Shown here piece after piece: positions 1 through 14,200 of a stretch of 64,000 nucleotides of DNA. The notes under the pieces were generated by a model that was not told the DNA's origin, made no database searches, and worked only from the letters and a program-made list of their open reading frames with translations. Within the stretch, counting starts at the first letter, position 1. The number at the start of each line of letters is the position of its first letter. This DNA comes from Phoronis australis (lineage: Eukaryota; Animalia; Phoronida), in contig NMRA01000286.1 of the NCBI GenBank assembly GCA_002633005.1, forward strand, positions 34,067 through 98,066, in the 5' to 3' direction. The position numbers and the translations under genes are program-made.

Positions 1-210
1 TTTTCACCAATAAAGTTTCCTGCAACTTTCCCGCAAACACTTTTTAACCAATAAAGTTTCCTGCAACTTTCCCGCAAACACTTTTTCACCAATAAAGTTT
101 CCTGCAACTTTCCCGCAAACATTTTTTCACCAATAAAGTGTCCTGCAACTTTCCCGCAAACACTTTTCAACAATAAAGTTTCCTGCAACTTTCCCGCAAA
201 CACTTTTTCA
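1..210. repeat. 41-bp minisatellite, about 5 copies, cut by the window start
   Basis: Unit ttttcaccaataaagtttcctgcaactttcccgcaaacact repeats at 41-bp spacing. Confidence 0.95.
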
Positions 211-406
211 ATCACCAAGTTTGCCGCAACATTCCTGCAAACTTCAGTGTTTGCAGCAAGGTTGCGGCAATGTGTGCGGCTGAGTTGCGGGTAGCGGCAA
301 ACTCCTGCAAACTTTGCGGCTGGTTTGCTGCAAACAAAATTGTTTGCCGCAAGCTTGCGGCATGTTTGCTGCAAGCTTGCGGCAAACATGGTCTTTTGGT
401 ATGGGT
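1..406. mobile_element. Right end of a MITE-like element carrying the minisatellite
   Basis: Dense ccgca/gcggc motifs; palindromes tttgccgcaagcttgcggca and catgtttgctgcaagcttgcggcaaacatg (361-390); abrupt end at gggt. Confidence 0.5.
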
Positions 407-748
407 TACGAATTTGCGTTTGATTACAGTTACATATTTCGCTGCACTTTGGTGTTTGTTTGTCCACTGGAGAAGAGATTGTAAATGACAGAATGAAAAG
501 TAAAAACAACGACGTAAATTCAGAGCTCAAATGAAAAGAAATTTATTGTCCCCTGTTTTGTTCCAGACAAGTTTACAGTATCATAACAAGCAGATTACAA
601 GTAGTAAGGAGAGTCGATACACAATCCATCACCAGAAAAGATGTCACGTTGTTGTCCAAATACAATATAATAGGTATGCCATTTTATAAACCCTTCAAAA
701 CACTGACCATTTTCAAGGTTACCTTCCTGTATGTCAAAATATAGACTC

Positions 749-1545
749 CAGTGACCTAAAGTCGTGAATATAAGCATAAAAAGTAGCTGATTGTCATGTC
801 CGTCAGCAACTGCTCATGTGATGTCATTGACATTTATCAGCCTTCACAAATATACCTGTTTTTCCAGTCTTAGCCGGTGTTTTTCTCCGTAAGGAGAGTT
901 TTGAAACGGTCGCTCATATCGCCGGCCATTTTGAATGAGGCCCTGAAGTCGTGACCGTTTCATATAGACGGAAATGCAAAAAGTAAAGCCACACAAATCA
1001 ACTACAGTGCTTACAGTTACTCTAGATGACATAAAAACGCATTGCATTGTTTATTAATTCAGTTTCAATTGAAATAAATGGTTACTGATGTGTTTTGCAC
1101 CCAATTCCGATGTGCGGCAGACGTTTTCAATGAAGAAGTTGACGTAAAACGTTAAGAACCCAGCTTCAATTATCTCTCTGTATTTTATTGCTTTGGCTTT
1201 ACAAACTTGATCGACCCTGGGACATTTTGATACATTGTTTAAGCTACTTCTGGAGCGCGTGTTTGAGCAAATCTGAACGATGTATATTTTCGGAAATATA
1301 TTCTGAAAATGCACAAAAAAGTGGATTAGTGAAATATGCTGTTTTTAAGATACATTTGAAAAAAGACGCCACTCACTCACTGTTTATTATCATATTGTGA
1401 ATATCAACATGTCCGGGTACTCGTTTGACGTTCGTAAGCAGACGAACGCTGGAAACTTCAACGCTAGATGTCATGGGACCGCGCACAAGAGGAAATAAGA
1501 TGGTTCACGACTTTAGGGCACTGACGACTTTAGGACCTCAGACGG
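749..1545. mobile_element. DNA transposon remnant with subterminal inverted repeats; right end CGG|TA
   Basis: cagtgacctaaagtcgtgaa (749-768) is inverted to ttcacgactttagggcactg (1504-1523); repeated acgactttagg; left terminus not found. Confidence 0.55.
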
Positions 1546-1826
1546 TACAGAAAAACTTTCAAGTCTTGAAATAAGTCACGTGCCCATCTGAACATAGTCT
1601 ACACTGATAGACCCCCTTACCATCACAGTTAGTTTAAAAGAGAAATCTATCCATGTATATGGTGCTTAAACAACGTTTTCTATCTTACAGCCACTGACAT
1701 CACTGGGATTATGTCACCTGGCCGGGCGGAAAATAATGGTGTCAATGCTCACCTAGTTGTCGCCAGTTTTGTGGCGGTCATTTGCGCCCCTCTCCCTATC
1801 GGTGCTGCCCTCAACGGGTAGCTCAC

Positions 1827-1982
1827 CAGGGGTGGATCCAGGATTTTGAGTTGGGGGGGGCAGGGGATAGTATTAGCCAGGATTTCACCCGTCAAACATT
1901 CGCACCCCCCCTACTGCCATTGGAGTCTGGGAGAATTTTAGGGGGAGGGGGTAGGGCCATGGCCCCCTTAAATCCGCCACTG
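1827..1982. mobile_element. Short MITE (CAGGGGTGGATCCAGG ... ATCCGCCACTG), hAT-like termini
   Basis: Imperfect TIRs; related copy at 8035-8169. Confidence 0.65.
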
Positions 1983-2101
1983 TTCACACCTCTCTACTAC
2001 GTCACTACTGAGAACTTCTTGCGTTCACCTTGGAATATAAATCACCAAACAAACAGTTACCAAACCAGATATTGATGATGATTTGGCCAAACGTAACTCC
2101 T

Positions 2102-2259
2102 TCAATCAAGTGATTTCATTTCCCTTTTCAGTTTAGAGGCCAAATGTCTATGGATACTTTTCCTGACTGATGGGAGAGCAAAGCCAAGACTGACATCTGG
2201 AGGCAAAAGACGCAGGAAGTCGCCGGGCGGTAGAATGTCACTCATTATGGAGAGAACAC
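2102..2259 (-). CDS. HPS3: HPS3 last coding exon (VLSIMSDILPPGDFLRLLPPD...KSLD*)
   Basis: tttcag acceptor, TGA at 2104-2102, resembles the HPS3 C-terminal motif. Confidence 0.9.
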
Positions 2260-5200
2260 CTGAAAGGCATTGAACAGATTAGAAAATTCGAAAATGAATT
2301 TCAACAACAGACCTCTTGACCACTAATCTTTTCTCCAGACCCAAAAATTAACCAATCGCATGGCACGCTTTGAGTAAACTCAAATTTCATGTAATGTGTA
2401 TGTCGATTCTTTAGTTTTTAGTACAGTTGGTCATGGGCCCAGATGTCACTGCATGACAGCACAAACACAATTTACATAGATGAGCTACCGAGCTCCATAT
2501 TCAAATATCCTAAAATGCTTTAGAAGCATTTTGACCATTGATGGGACATTGTTGATTTTACAGCAAAAATACAATGAAGATGGTTGGGTGGGATTGACTT
2601 CTTCACAAGAGCTATAAACTTTGCTGAAATGAAAGCCAGTGTCTTTACCATATGCTTAAAACTTTATTTATCTATTGAACATGTGGGAATTGGCTCAGCA
2701 GCAGAGCGTCTGGCTGCTACTGCTGATCTGTGGAGCTTGATTTCATCCTTCCTCTAATTTTTGCAAATTGAATTACTTTTCTCACCGAGAATGTCCCATT
2801 AAAGTAAGAATTCATAACTGGGCTACTTATGTGCACCAGCCAAATGAGTCTACAAAATGTGCAAGCAGTGCTGTCACCAAGTTGAACCCTAATCTTGGTT
2901 CCTCAGTCACTCGACCGCACATACAAAAAAGCTGGTCAGTAAAAGTAAACATGTTTATGGTCTGTGCTGTTCAAATCCCAACTATGAAGATCATTCACTT
3001 GTATGTCCCTAGTAAGCGGATCTTAGAATTAGTTTTAGGGTTCCAGCTGTCTCTTTTGTGAATTTCAGAAAATTATGCAGTCAAGAGATGTGTTTAAAGA
3101 AATGTAGCAAAGTTGTTTTTTGCTGAGAAGCGTAGATCATCTGTACTTATGAACAAACTGACTGTATAGCGTCGAATTGAAAAATCAATGTGTTCACTGT
3201 GTGTGTAAGGAGCCGGTGGTCTATGTGTACTTGATGAAATATATAATAATTCAGAGATAAAACTGGACAATGAGACTTATCACCTGATGACACATTTTAG
3301 CATTGCATTTTATTGACTGAAGAGAGCCCAATTTGAAGGGCAAGTCTGCCTGAATATCATCTAAATTTCTGTTGATATTAATGTGCCTCCTGTCAAAAAC
3401 TAACTTTCAATTTGGATCACCAACAAAATTGGTCTGAACTTGTCTTATAGTGAGATTAGACTAGACTTGAGAAGAAATCATTATAGTTCGTTAATGCTTA
3501 CGACCAGCCTCAACAAGTTGGCTTATGACAGTGAGCCAGTTTACATACTTAGAACATTGAGCAAAATACATGGCATAGCCCAGACCAGTTTTATATCAAC
3601 CATATGTCGTCTAAATAAACACTTAATTATTTCCTTGAGTTTTCAATCTGGGCATTTTGCCTAATGGGCCTGACCTATGTGGTCTGCACATGGCCAATGC
3701 AATTGAGGCATCAAACCGCCTGCAATTTGTTTCTCCTCGGACAGCAGTACAAGTTTATAGCAGCTTTGAAACGAAAATCTACACAATAACTATTAATTCC
3801 TTAGTTATGTAACAGAGATTTGCTTGCATTTAATGAATGTTACATGTTACTTAAAGCTGATTCAAGCTCCTGGAATGTGTCATTACTTACCTCTAAAAGC
3901 TTCAACATGCACCATCGTTGAGTCGTTGTGATCATTGGGCTGTGTTTCTTTGAGCAGACAACTCAAGTTCTCTATAAGGCGGGACCACTGCAAGATGATT
4001 TAATTATTTTTTTATTAAACAGCTTAGAAAACAGGTTACGTAACATGAAATTTTGGTAGGTAGGGAAAAAACAGTTAACTTAGAAAACAATTTGGCAGAA
4101 AGGAAAAACTTTGTTACACAGAACATGAAAAAATAGGGTATTTAATGAGGAGTGAGATTTTGGTTCGCGGAGCATTCTTTTCAATTTGTTGAAGGGTATT
4201 TTGAGCTGACATTCTAATTTCGTACATACCAACACAATGGACAGAATAGAGTTCATTTGTGACTAGAATTGTTGAAAATTTGGCTTATTGTACTCCATTC
4301 AACAAATTTAGCCTACTGACCTCATAGTTAGCTGTTCAAGATTTTAATATAGCTGGAGGCCAAATGTCAACACACTTTCACAAGACAAGTGAAATTGCCT
4401 TAATCTGAAATCTGAAAGTTTAGTGTCCTGCCTTTACAAGACAGTGGTGCAACCTAGCAGAAAGTAATACAGATTCAATATTTTTCACATCTTTTATAGT
4501 GCTTTATTACTGTCAGTGTGCGAAATCATTAACCTTTCATTTGAGTGCCCTCTGTTCTCAATATATTGTATGAGTCAGCCATTGATCATTCCATATCTGT
4601 GCTGCAAGTGATTACTTAAAGCTATGTGCCCAGTTGTGTTGTAAGTTTAAACTACTTACGTGATCTATACCACTGCTAGCCAGAGTCTCGGACACAAACT
4701 TCACTAGAATTCTAGGGTACTTGTCAACAATAAGATCGATGGCAGAATCTACTGAAATGACCAGCATGCACACAATTTCTAGCGACTCTACACCTGGAAC
4801 TTCAGTTGTGTTGAGAACGGCAAGCATCTTTCTGGCAACTTCAGGGGAAACAAGATTTGAGGACAATACCGCCTGAAAAAGTAGCTACAATATACAAGGT
4901 ACCCTGTGGACAATATGGAGATCAAGATTCACTAAGTGGTGCTAGTGACATAAGGGGCGTACCCATGCTTTCATGCAGGTAATTATGTTAGACCCTTGTC
5001 GCATGAGTAGCCCATGCTAATAACTAAGCTGTTTTCAGCCTCCAATTCATTTGGATGACAAGAAGAGGGAACATCGGTCATTATCACCACATAGTAAATA
5101 TCTAGTAGCTGAGATCAGAATAACTTACTTAAGCCACCCGAACAACACAGCTCACAGACTCGCCAACTCAACTCACTGAATCACATAGTTATACATGCAT

Positions 5201-8200
5201 TCCCAAAAGATGACTTAAGCACACAAAAATATGACTGTGAGCCGCATGACAACCAATCGTGTACACAACTCAGCTAAGAGTCTATGAGCTGCGTTTACAG
5301 ATGCCGGAACTGTGTTCACAGTCCAGGAGCTGTGGGTGGTTTTTGGGTGCATAAGCCATGTTTTGTGAGTACGGGGCCATGCAAGTTAGTCAGGGCATTG
5401 AGTAAACAGGTTTGTGAGCCATGTTCAAGAGTGAATGAGCCATGTTGTCCGAGTAGCATGTTACAACAGTTTTAACAGAAAGTGTTGTACAGGAATTTAA
5501 TGTTTTACTTTTAAAGAAAGATGAATGCTGACCCTACTTCATAACAAATGTGCCGTTTATCATGTCAATCTTGCCATGGCACACACTAACACAGAGACCA
5601 ATTATACGTGTGAATGAATTTGACATGGCACACATTGACATTGCGGTGTCTAGTTGTGATCCATTTTGTGGAAGTGCAAGTTGTCTCAAACATCCTGTGT
5701 TGCATCAACTACCCGTAGAAATGCAAAGCCATGTCAAAGCAGAATTGTCTCAACCACATTACTTACAAGCACTTCTGTATTGTCACATTTTCTTAAGAAA
5801 TGCACAGAAACAGACGTTGACACTTGTCATCCCACACCGTACCAGTTTCTGCTGCGTCACTGTTGACATGTGAACACAGCACTAGATGTAAAGAACCAGT
5901 AAGTAACTTACCTGTAGTTTAACTAAGTCTTGATTGCACAACCAGCAGGCACACAAAGCATGGCTCTCTTGACGGGACGGAACGTTGTGAGCTGGCATCC
6001 GTTTTGGCATGGATGGTGCTCGGGACTTCATATTCCCTTTTAAATGGATGCATCTATCACTTGGAGCTTCACCTGAATTGAAGTCATGCAATGTCATGTG
6101 GTGTTGTCAATTGTTGCTGGGAGCCTAACGATGAGAATGCTTGCGTCATTTACAAGCCTTAGGAAGAAATCAATAAACAAGAGTTTGCTAATTCAAGAGT
6201 ATGTGAGCAAGGACTTTTCATATGTCCCTTTTAGTAAAGAGTAGAGGTTTCAAGTAATGTCTACTCAAGAAACTAATAGGCAAACTTTAGTGATCCTTGA
6301 ATTCTATGTGCTAAATCACAGGAAAGTAAGTAAAACAGTTCATTTTATGAAAAGTGACTTAAAAGGCTAAGTCAAAATATTTTACTTACACTCACGTACT
6401 ATTATTAGACAAATAAGGTGTTTGGCATGTGATTCTTAACACTAACACTTTAGCAGTAATTTAGACAAACTGTCAATGCTCACGTTGTTGAATGGGTGCA
6501 TTAACCCTCACAAATATGGCAATTTCCATCTTTGACAGTGTCCATGAGAACTTACCACAAAATGGGGGCAACTCATTCAGCCATGAGTGTCGAACTAAGA
6601 AAGTTTTTACCGAGGAAGAAGACACTCTACCAAACTGGTCACATGCCTCTAGGAGGCGTTGTAAATAGATGCTACTGAGAAGTTCACTGATGTCAGACAG
6701 CACTGCACTTGTCGACTTGTTCAAACCTGGAAAAACAAAAAATGGTTTGGGAATTCTGTACCTTCTAAATGTTTGAGGTAGTCAGTTTTAATAATATATA
6801 CTGTTGAAAACAAAGTTGGTCCCAAGCAGCTGACGATGGGGTGAATTCAAGGATCTACTTCAAGAGGTTATAAACCTATACAAAGTATATCTTTTGATAT
6901 ACAACAATTGCCATCATTGCTAAATTGTATGGTCTCAAACTGTTCCTTGGTCAAATTGGAAGGGATCTCAGAACTTTGAAAGAACAGTTTCATACTGTTT
7001 GTAACCAGGCTACGCAAGATGGCTTATCTGTCATGGTGCGTCATTTTATGTGCCAAGCATGGTCTCGAGGAATAATGAGTATTTTGCAAACCAAGAAGTC
7101 ACTTCTCGTCTGAGTAAGATACAAGACGAGACTAATTTTATAACCTGAAAGTGATGTAACTCAAAAGGTGGATAGATTGCAGGTTTATATCACTTTTATT
7201 AAACTCCATGGGATAAATGACTTTGGACCATGAAGTAGCAGAAAACTTTATTGTTTGCTTGGATTTGTAATACATTCAATTAAAGTTATATTAAAATTTA
7301 GGGGATACCATGATTAGACATGTTTATAAATCTCGCAACTGGTAGACTGTTTTTCACATAAGTGTTGCCAGCATTTACTGTGAACAGACTTTACTCACCA
7401 TCTGTCAGAACTCCTTCCAAGAACAACATCAAATGGAAGTTTCTATAAATTTCTTTCTTGTGGCTTCCCGACTGAAGAAAAGGCAAAACAAGATGGCTGA
7501 AACTTTCTCAAACAAATTTTTAAGCACAACCAGAAGTTCATATAAAACTTCAGTCAGACAAATGCATCGCCCAGAAGCATTAAGAACTACAAACAGCAAA
7601 ACAAGATAAATATAATCGATATTACATAAAAAAGTCTAGCAAATTTTGTTAAATCTACTGCAAAAGCATATTAACAACCATTGCGACGAGTGTGAAAAAG
7701 TGCCCACCACAATAACTGCACGCAGTTTGTAATCCAATACATGTCCCATATCACATTCACTGCAAGTTTGCATTGAGAGTTGAAGAATAAAATGGGATAT
7801 TAGAGATGATCTCTTAACTCTACTGCAAAAGTGCGTCAAGTCACGAGGAACCCCACTAGCAAATTTGACCTTGGCGATCTCTTTGGTAATACAGTAAGCT
7901 TCCTTGTGGGTTAGCTTGAAGATGTTCCCCAAAGGTACCCCCACAGATCTGTCCTTCATTAGAGGCTCTCATATTCAAATTTAACTGGATTCTTAGGGGT
8001 ATTTAAGATCATTCACTAGAAAAACGATCTATTTCAGAGGTGGATCCAGGATTTTTTAAAATAGGGGGTCAGATCAAGGATTTTTAAAAATTTTGTAGAT
8101 TTCATATCACTAAAATCAAAGGAAAAGGGGGTCCTGACCTCCTTAACCCCTACCCTGGATCCGTTTATGTATTTTGTAATGTAGGACACAAGCCAATGAT

Positions 8201-11200
8201 AATCTAGAGTATCCCAAGAATGTAAAGCCTGGGACCAACAAAGGAGCAACAGTTGTAACTCATGGATTTTATTTTTTCTTGTGTTGTAATTTTGACAGAG
8301 CCCAGCTGTATCTTAAGTAATCAGCAATGCACTTTGAGCCCCCTGGAGTTGCAAAGGCAGTGCTGTCACTACTACATCTCAGTTCCACACTGTATTAATT
8401 AATGGCTGTTCAACATTTGATGTTATCAGATAAAAAGGGAATATTCCTTACAAATATTACACTTTCATAAGAATTCACCACACCTCAAGCAAAGAGATGA
8501 CCGCATCCAGTCCCATGAGCTGTTGACCATAAACGCTGCTCCAAATGGCTGCAAATGTGCCTGGCTTGTGTTTCTTGATGAGCTGGGACAAGGGAGTCAA
8601 CTCCTTAAAGTCTATGTGCAGCAGATGATGATTCTCAAGGCAAACAGCAATGAGGTCTCTCTAGTAAAGAAGATAGAAACAATAGTGAAGATGTATTACT
8701 CGTTGCAGAAAAAGTTGTTCAAACTTTTGAAATCAAAACATGCAGAATTTCAAACCTACTGTCACACACTTTTCGAAAACAATTTCATCACATCAGCCTG
8801 ATTTGTTAACCTAATACCGAGTTGTAATGAAACTGTACTATGGACCTTGTTATAGCCTACATATGCTCAAATATGAATAAGAATGTAGTGCTCACTCCTT
8901 GCCAGAAGCATCAGTAACATGCCATGACAAACTCACCTCCAGCCGCTGAATCTGCAGACCTAGTTTCATGTGAAAAAACAAGAATTTGCAAGATATCGCC
9001 ACATATTACAAGCGAAGCACGTGACCACACTAGCCTTCTTAGTAAGATTCTTGCATCTTAGGAACTCTGCTTAGTTGAAATCTAATAGCTGTAGTAAAGT
9101 CTATATTGCGCTCAGTGAGATAACACCTGATACTGCGGAACAATATAAGTTTACTTCTATAACAAACAAATTATACAGTCACCCAACAGGTAAACTTTTT
9201 GACATTTCAGGAATAATCCAGAGCATTTATTTACATCTTGGGAGCACGAAAATACCCTGAGTATACCTACCTCATCATTGGCAAAGAGCACAGACTCGGC
9301 ACTTGTGAACTGGCCATCTTTGAGATACAGAAGAGCCAGAGCCAGCGATACCATTGGGCTAAATTAGAGAACAAGTCACAAAAATAAACACAATGCAAAT
9401 GGAAGTTAGAAGGGAGTTTCCTGCATTTGGACTAACCGAAGAGCAATCAACACCCTTTGATAACAAGACTGTTGTAGTTCATAGGCAAAAATAACTAGAT
9501 GTATGTACAATATTGGCTGTAAAACTCATATACTGAGAGGTTTGCCACAAGTTATTTTACTACTTTTGCAGCATGAAGACTAATATTCACCTCTTAAACA
9601 GACTATTGTCAAAAGATTGAAGACACAAAATATGAGTTGGCTGTAACATAGATAGAAAACTAAATAAATTTCAAAAACCATATTTTCTTGCACTCATTAC
9701 GGGTAGACACATACTTTTGTCTTTGTCCAACACTCTGTAAAACGGCAATGGCCTTTTCTGCAACAGCGAAAATAAATGCATTGTTTGTACATTGTTATCA
9801 CTGCACAAAAGTGATACAGATACAGTTGTTAGAATTCAGTATAAACAGCAAAGAATGTTATTCATAAGTATAAAAACTGACAAGAGATTAGTATAAATGA
9901 AAATTTTCATAAAAAAAAACAGTTTTTTAAAATGAAATCGTGTCATTACAACGGATCAATTCTCTCTTAAATAAAAAATTGTAAGCAAAACCAAAGAAAT
10001 TACCGTAGGAATACCCAGTCAAATGGGATTTCAGGATGACATTGGAGAGAGCTGTTGGCTGTAGTATATGATAGATGTCTAGAACTTTATCTGCACAGTC
10101 AGTGTTTAGTTCCACTAGAGTGGCTTCGTTGAACATCACGTAGTTCAAGTAATGGATTATGCCTGGACTATAGAGTGGAGTGAACCCTGTTGGCAGCAGA
10201 GGTGTCACACTTTGTTTGGTCGTTTGTTGCGTGCCTAGTCGGGTAACAATCTGTTGTGTTGTGTAACCAGTCATCATGTAGTAAGGTAAGGCCAGCTTCC
10301 TATCCTCCTTGGACTCGCAACTGTTGACAAAAACGAGAACCTACTGGCCAACTTGTTAAGATCAATAACGTTAAACCAGAACGCTGCCATGTATCTGCCT
10401 TATGACGAAAATTATCTTTTTGATTTACAACGGCCTCGCTCACGTGAGGGAAAGTTGCCTGAACCTTCGGAAAGGGTAATTGGTTGAGGGGAACATTCCA
10501 CGCCTTCCGGACACCACCAATTCAACAACCACGGACACCACCTCGCAATAGCAATACCTCAAGTGGCCAAGTGGCTTTCTTAATCATGGGAGGGAATTTA
10601 AATATTTTTTGCAAGAGAATGGGGCTTTTATTCTGATTCACTAGTTCAGAAAGATCATATTCAGTTCAGAAAGCAGACTGTCATCCCTGAAATACCTTGC
10701 GTAATAGTCTCCAAGTATGGCACAGTTTTCACTGTACAACTTCCTTATATCCATATTGTTATCACCATGGTCCAGCCTGTAACCACGGAGACAAAGGTGA
10801 GCTTCCTGTACCAACTGAAGATAGGCAGGTGGACTAGAACTATGGTGCCTTCTGCCAAGGGACAACTGGAAAATAATGTCTTATTCTTAGGAAAAATTCA
10901 CGTATCAGTGGCATTTGTTAGATGGGATAATTGATTCCTTTTGTGAAGCCGAGATTATTTCATTCATTGCTTTGTAAAACACCTACAAAGAATGGACTCA
11001 TGTTCAATGGCTAGCCACGTTTTGTCACATCTCAAAACTTTCAAAATATCCAAGGAAGTCTTAATTGTCATAGCTTTTTTGGTGCCTTTTGCATGGGTAA
11101 GTCACATCAACTTACTTTCATAACATAATGCAAGACACAATATTTGTCAGTGAAACGATAAATTCCATATTTACAACTTTTGAAAAAAATCAACCATCAC

Positions 11201-14200
11201 TTGATGTTACATAAAATAACTGAAATCCCATTTGGATTGGCAAATATTTCACATTTGGTCACAGAATTCTATAACTGTCACAAAATGTCACAGAATTTCA
11301 AACAAGGGAGTTTTGTCACAGAAACTCGTTATGTCACAAGAATCCATTCTCTGGAATATACACCTTTAAGTTACTTTATTGTCAGTATTTGGATAACATT
11401 CAATCAGTGTACTCTAGTATGATCTCATTTGGAGTTTTCTGTATGGAAACATTTTATATTCATAACCTGATATACTTCAAAGCAACAGAGTAACACATTT
11501 TAAGAAATCAATGTAGACTATTGGAGCAATGCACAAATGTAATATGATAATCTTCAAAAGTCTCAAAATACAGGAATGAAACACTGAATGTATAACCAAG
11601 CGAGGCTATAATGAAATGAAAGACTACATGACCTAATGTTAAATTATGCCAACAATCACAAGACTCAAACCTAGCTCCAAAGTGAGCACAAACCTGACTT
11701 GTAGACACAATCTAATGCATACCTTCTAGGAAGAAGACACACAGAGACTTGTCAGATGACGTCATTTCCACTTACCATGTCTTTCACTAACTCTTCAGTA
11801 CTACAGTTCTTCAAGGCATAAATACTTGAGTTGACACTGTAATTATCAGTGGAAAAATTATCTGATGTGCAAGTAACCGCGTAACAGGAAAATAATGTAC
11901 ATGATAACTTTTCTGTAGCTGCTGACAAAATCTTTACAACTACGAAATGTAGATCTCAGTCTTGACCCACACAACACCAGAGCCTTAATGCTTAAAACTA
12001 TTAATTATAAACCCACTATATTAGTCATCAAAAAGTACTAAATGATTTAGACCACCTCAAGTTAGGAATGTAATCTCAACTTTGTCACACTATTGATATT
12101 AAAGGTGATATTGGAAATTGGAAAGAACTGACAGTATGTTATTATAGAGAGCAGCCTTGCTAAACATGTTGGCTTGCCACAGGGGGTAATTTTATGAGCA
12201 CAGCATGGTCTTGTGAGTACTTTACCGACACAAGAGCAATGCAGAGGGTTGATAAGCACCCACAGTGTGCATTGCATACAGCACATATAAAAGGGATGGT
12301 CATTATCTTTAAAAACATTGACTCTAGCAGCAGCAATATTTGGCAAATATAGTCTCTCGTGGATGCAAAACAACTGATGGTCCAAAAATTGAATTCCCTG
12401 AAGATCAACCGATCAGATTAGCAGGTAACAAGATTGATGTCTAAAGACTTGCTCAGCACCAGTGGCATTTGTCCAAAACAAACATTAGGGCTGTCGTCTT
12501 GTCTATAACAGAAACAGAATGACTAAATTTTACAAAGAACACTCGAGTTGGAAAGAGCTGAACAGCAAAATAAAAACAAAATTGCCACTTAAGGAGGCCC
12601 AGCATTGTATAGTGAAGGCTGTTCTTACCTCCCCAGTCCAAACACATTAACTTAAGTTTTGTAATATCTTTTACATGGTTCGTTCCAGGGCTTGACTATT
12701 CAAAACCCTTAGGGTGTAATAGAACAATTATCCACTCAGTCAAGACCACAAACCCTTTGTCAAGCTTCGTTTACCTACACAGTCCAACTGGGACAGTTGT
12801 ATGCCTAAGAGCAGGGTTCACACAGAACTGCTTTCACTGACCTTACATGTCAGTTTCAAAAGGACTGCAAACAGTAACTGTGTGGGAACGACACCCGTGA
12901 TTTACACCCTTCTGCACTATGCAGACTAGTTACCCCATCCAATCCCCAAATGTTCACAGAAAAATAAACTACCAGAAGGAGGCACAGCATTCACTTAATC
13001 AATCTGAAATCTGACAAGTATCTCCAGTCTTTGATAAAGACATGATTGCCAAATTTTATGAAGATCCATCACAAGACTGAGTAAACAATGAATCTGACAC
13101 AAAAAAATAAAATTGTCACAAAGGGATGACACATTAGTTAGATCCATTTATAAATCAGGAGCGGCTCTGGTCTCCTCCACCTGATCACATCTATTCAATT
13201 TTTTTAAAAACAAATCAAATAATTAATTAGTAGATATTGAGACTGATGCAACTTCCATGGGAGGCACCACAGTAGATGGATCTGTCTGAAAATCAATGTC
13301 ATCCGAGCTCCCCCCCCACTAAAAACACACAGGCAACCCTTGATTAGGATTCCTAAACACAAACATATTTGAGTGTTGTAACAAGAGTAACACAAATCAA
13401 TGAAATACACCCACGATTACACCACAAAAGGTATGCTTTGATGGGGATTTATTTGTGTTATAAAAAGGCCACTAGGTTATGCAATTATTATATATGTCAC
13501 ATTCATCCAAAAATGGGAAGGACTCATTGGCTACCTAAGAGAAACCGATTTGTAAAATTTCAAAAAATCCGTCCAGGAACCCCAAAGATACAGAAGCTAT
13601 TAAAAAACACAATTGCCACTACTGGGCGCAACTAGTGGAGTCGCATCCATCCCAAAGGAGTTGCCATCTGTTGCCATGTTCATAGGAAGACACTTGCCAA
13701 ATTTAACAAAGATCCTGCAATGGGGGTTAGGAAATACAGCTTAGGATGCAAAAAAAACAACAAAATGCGTAGTAGTCAGACCTATCTGAAAATCAAAATC
13801 AGTTGGAAAAAATATGCCAATTTTCTTAATGATCCATAGAGCACTTTGGAAGCTAAAAAAAGCAAAGACTATGACTGCACCTTGTAACTTACTTTCCAGT
13901 TTTGCTGGCTGTAACTTTAGACATGACCACCAGATGGCTCCCTGTGACAGCCATAGACTGTACTACCATGAAAGGCTGCATACCAATGAGACATGTGTCT
14001 AAGGTTGTTGATGGACATGTCTGAAGACACAAACAATTTTTTAGTCACTCAGTGTCCTGGCACTACATATCAAGGGACCCTCATTCACTCAAGCTAGTCA
14101 CACACAAGTTGGATAACGCTGCAGGATTCTGTGGAATACTGCCATAAATTACACAGCAATAGTAAGCACATAACTCACTGTTGTGCAATGTTAGTTTTAG

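Noticed and set aside
1-210. CRISPR-like regular repeats
   Set aside because: Units are contiguous with no unique spacers; eukaryotic context with no cas genes; it is a minisatellite.
2690-2750. tRNA or SINE head (tggctcagcagcagagcg)
   Set aside because: Only a degenerate A box; no convincing B box.
8937-8959. Extra HPS3 microexon before a strong GAG|gtgagt donor
   Set aside because: The first AG gives a frameshifting 23-nt exon and the second gives 15 nt (IQRLE) with a poor pyrimidine tract; the model is phase-complete without it.
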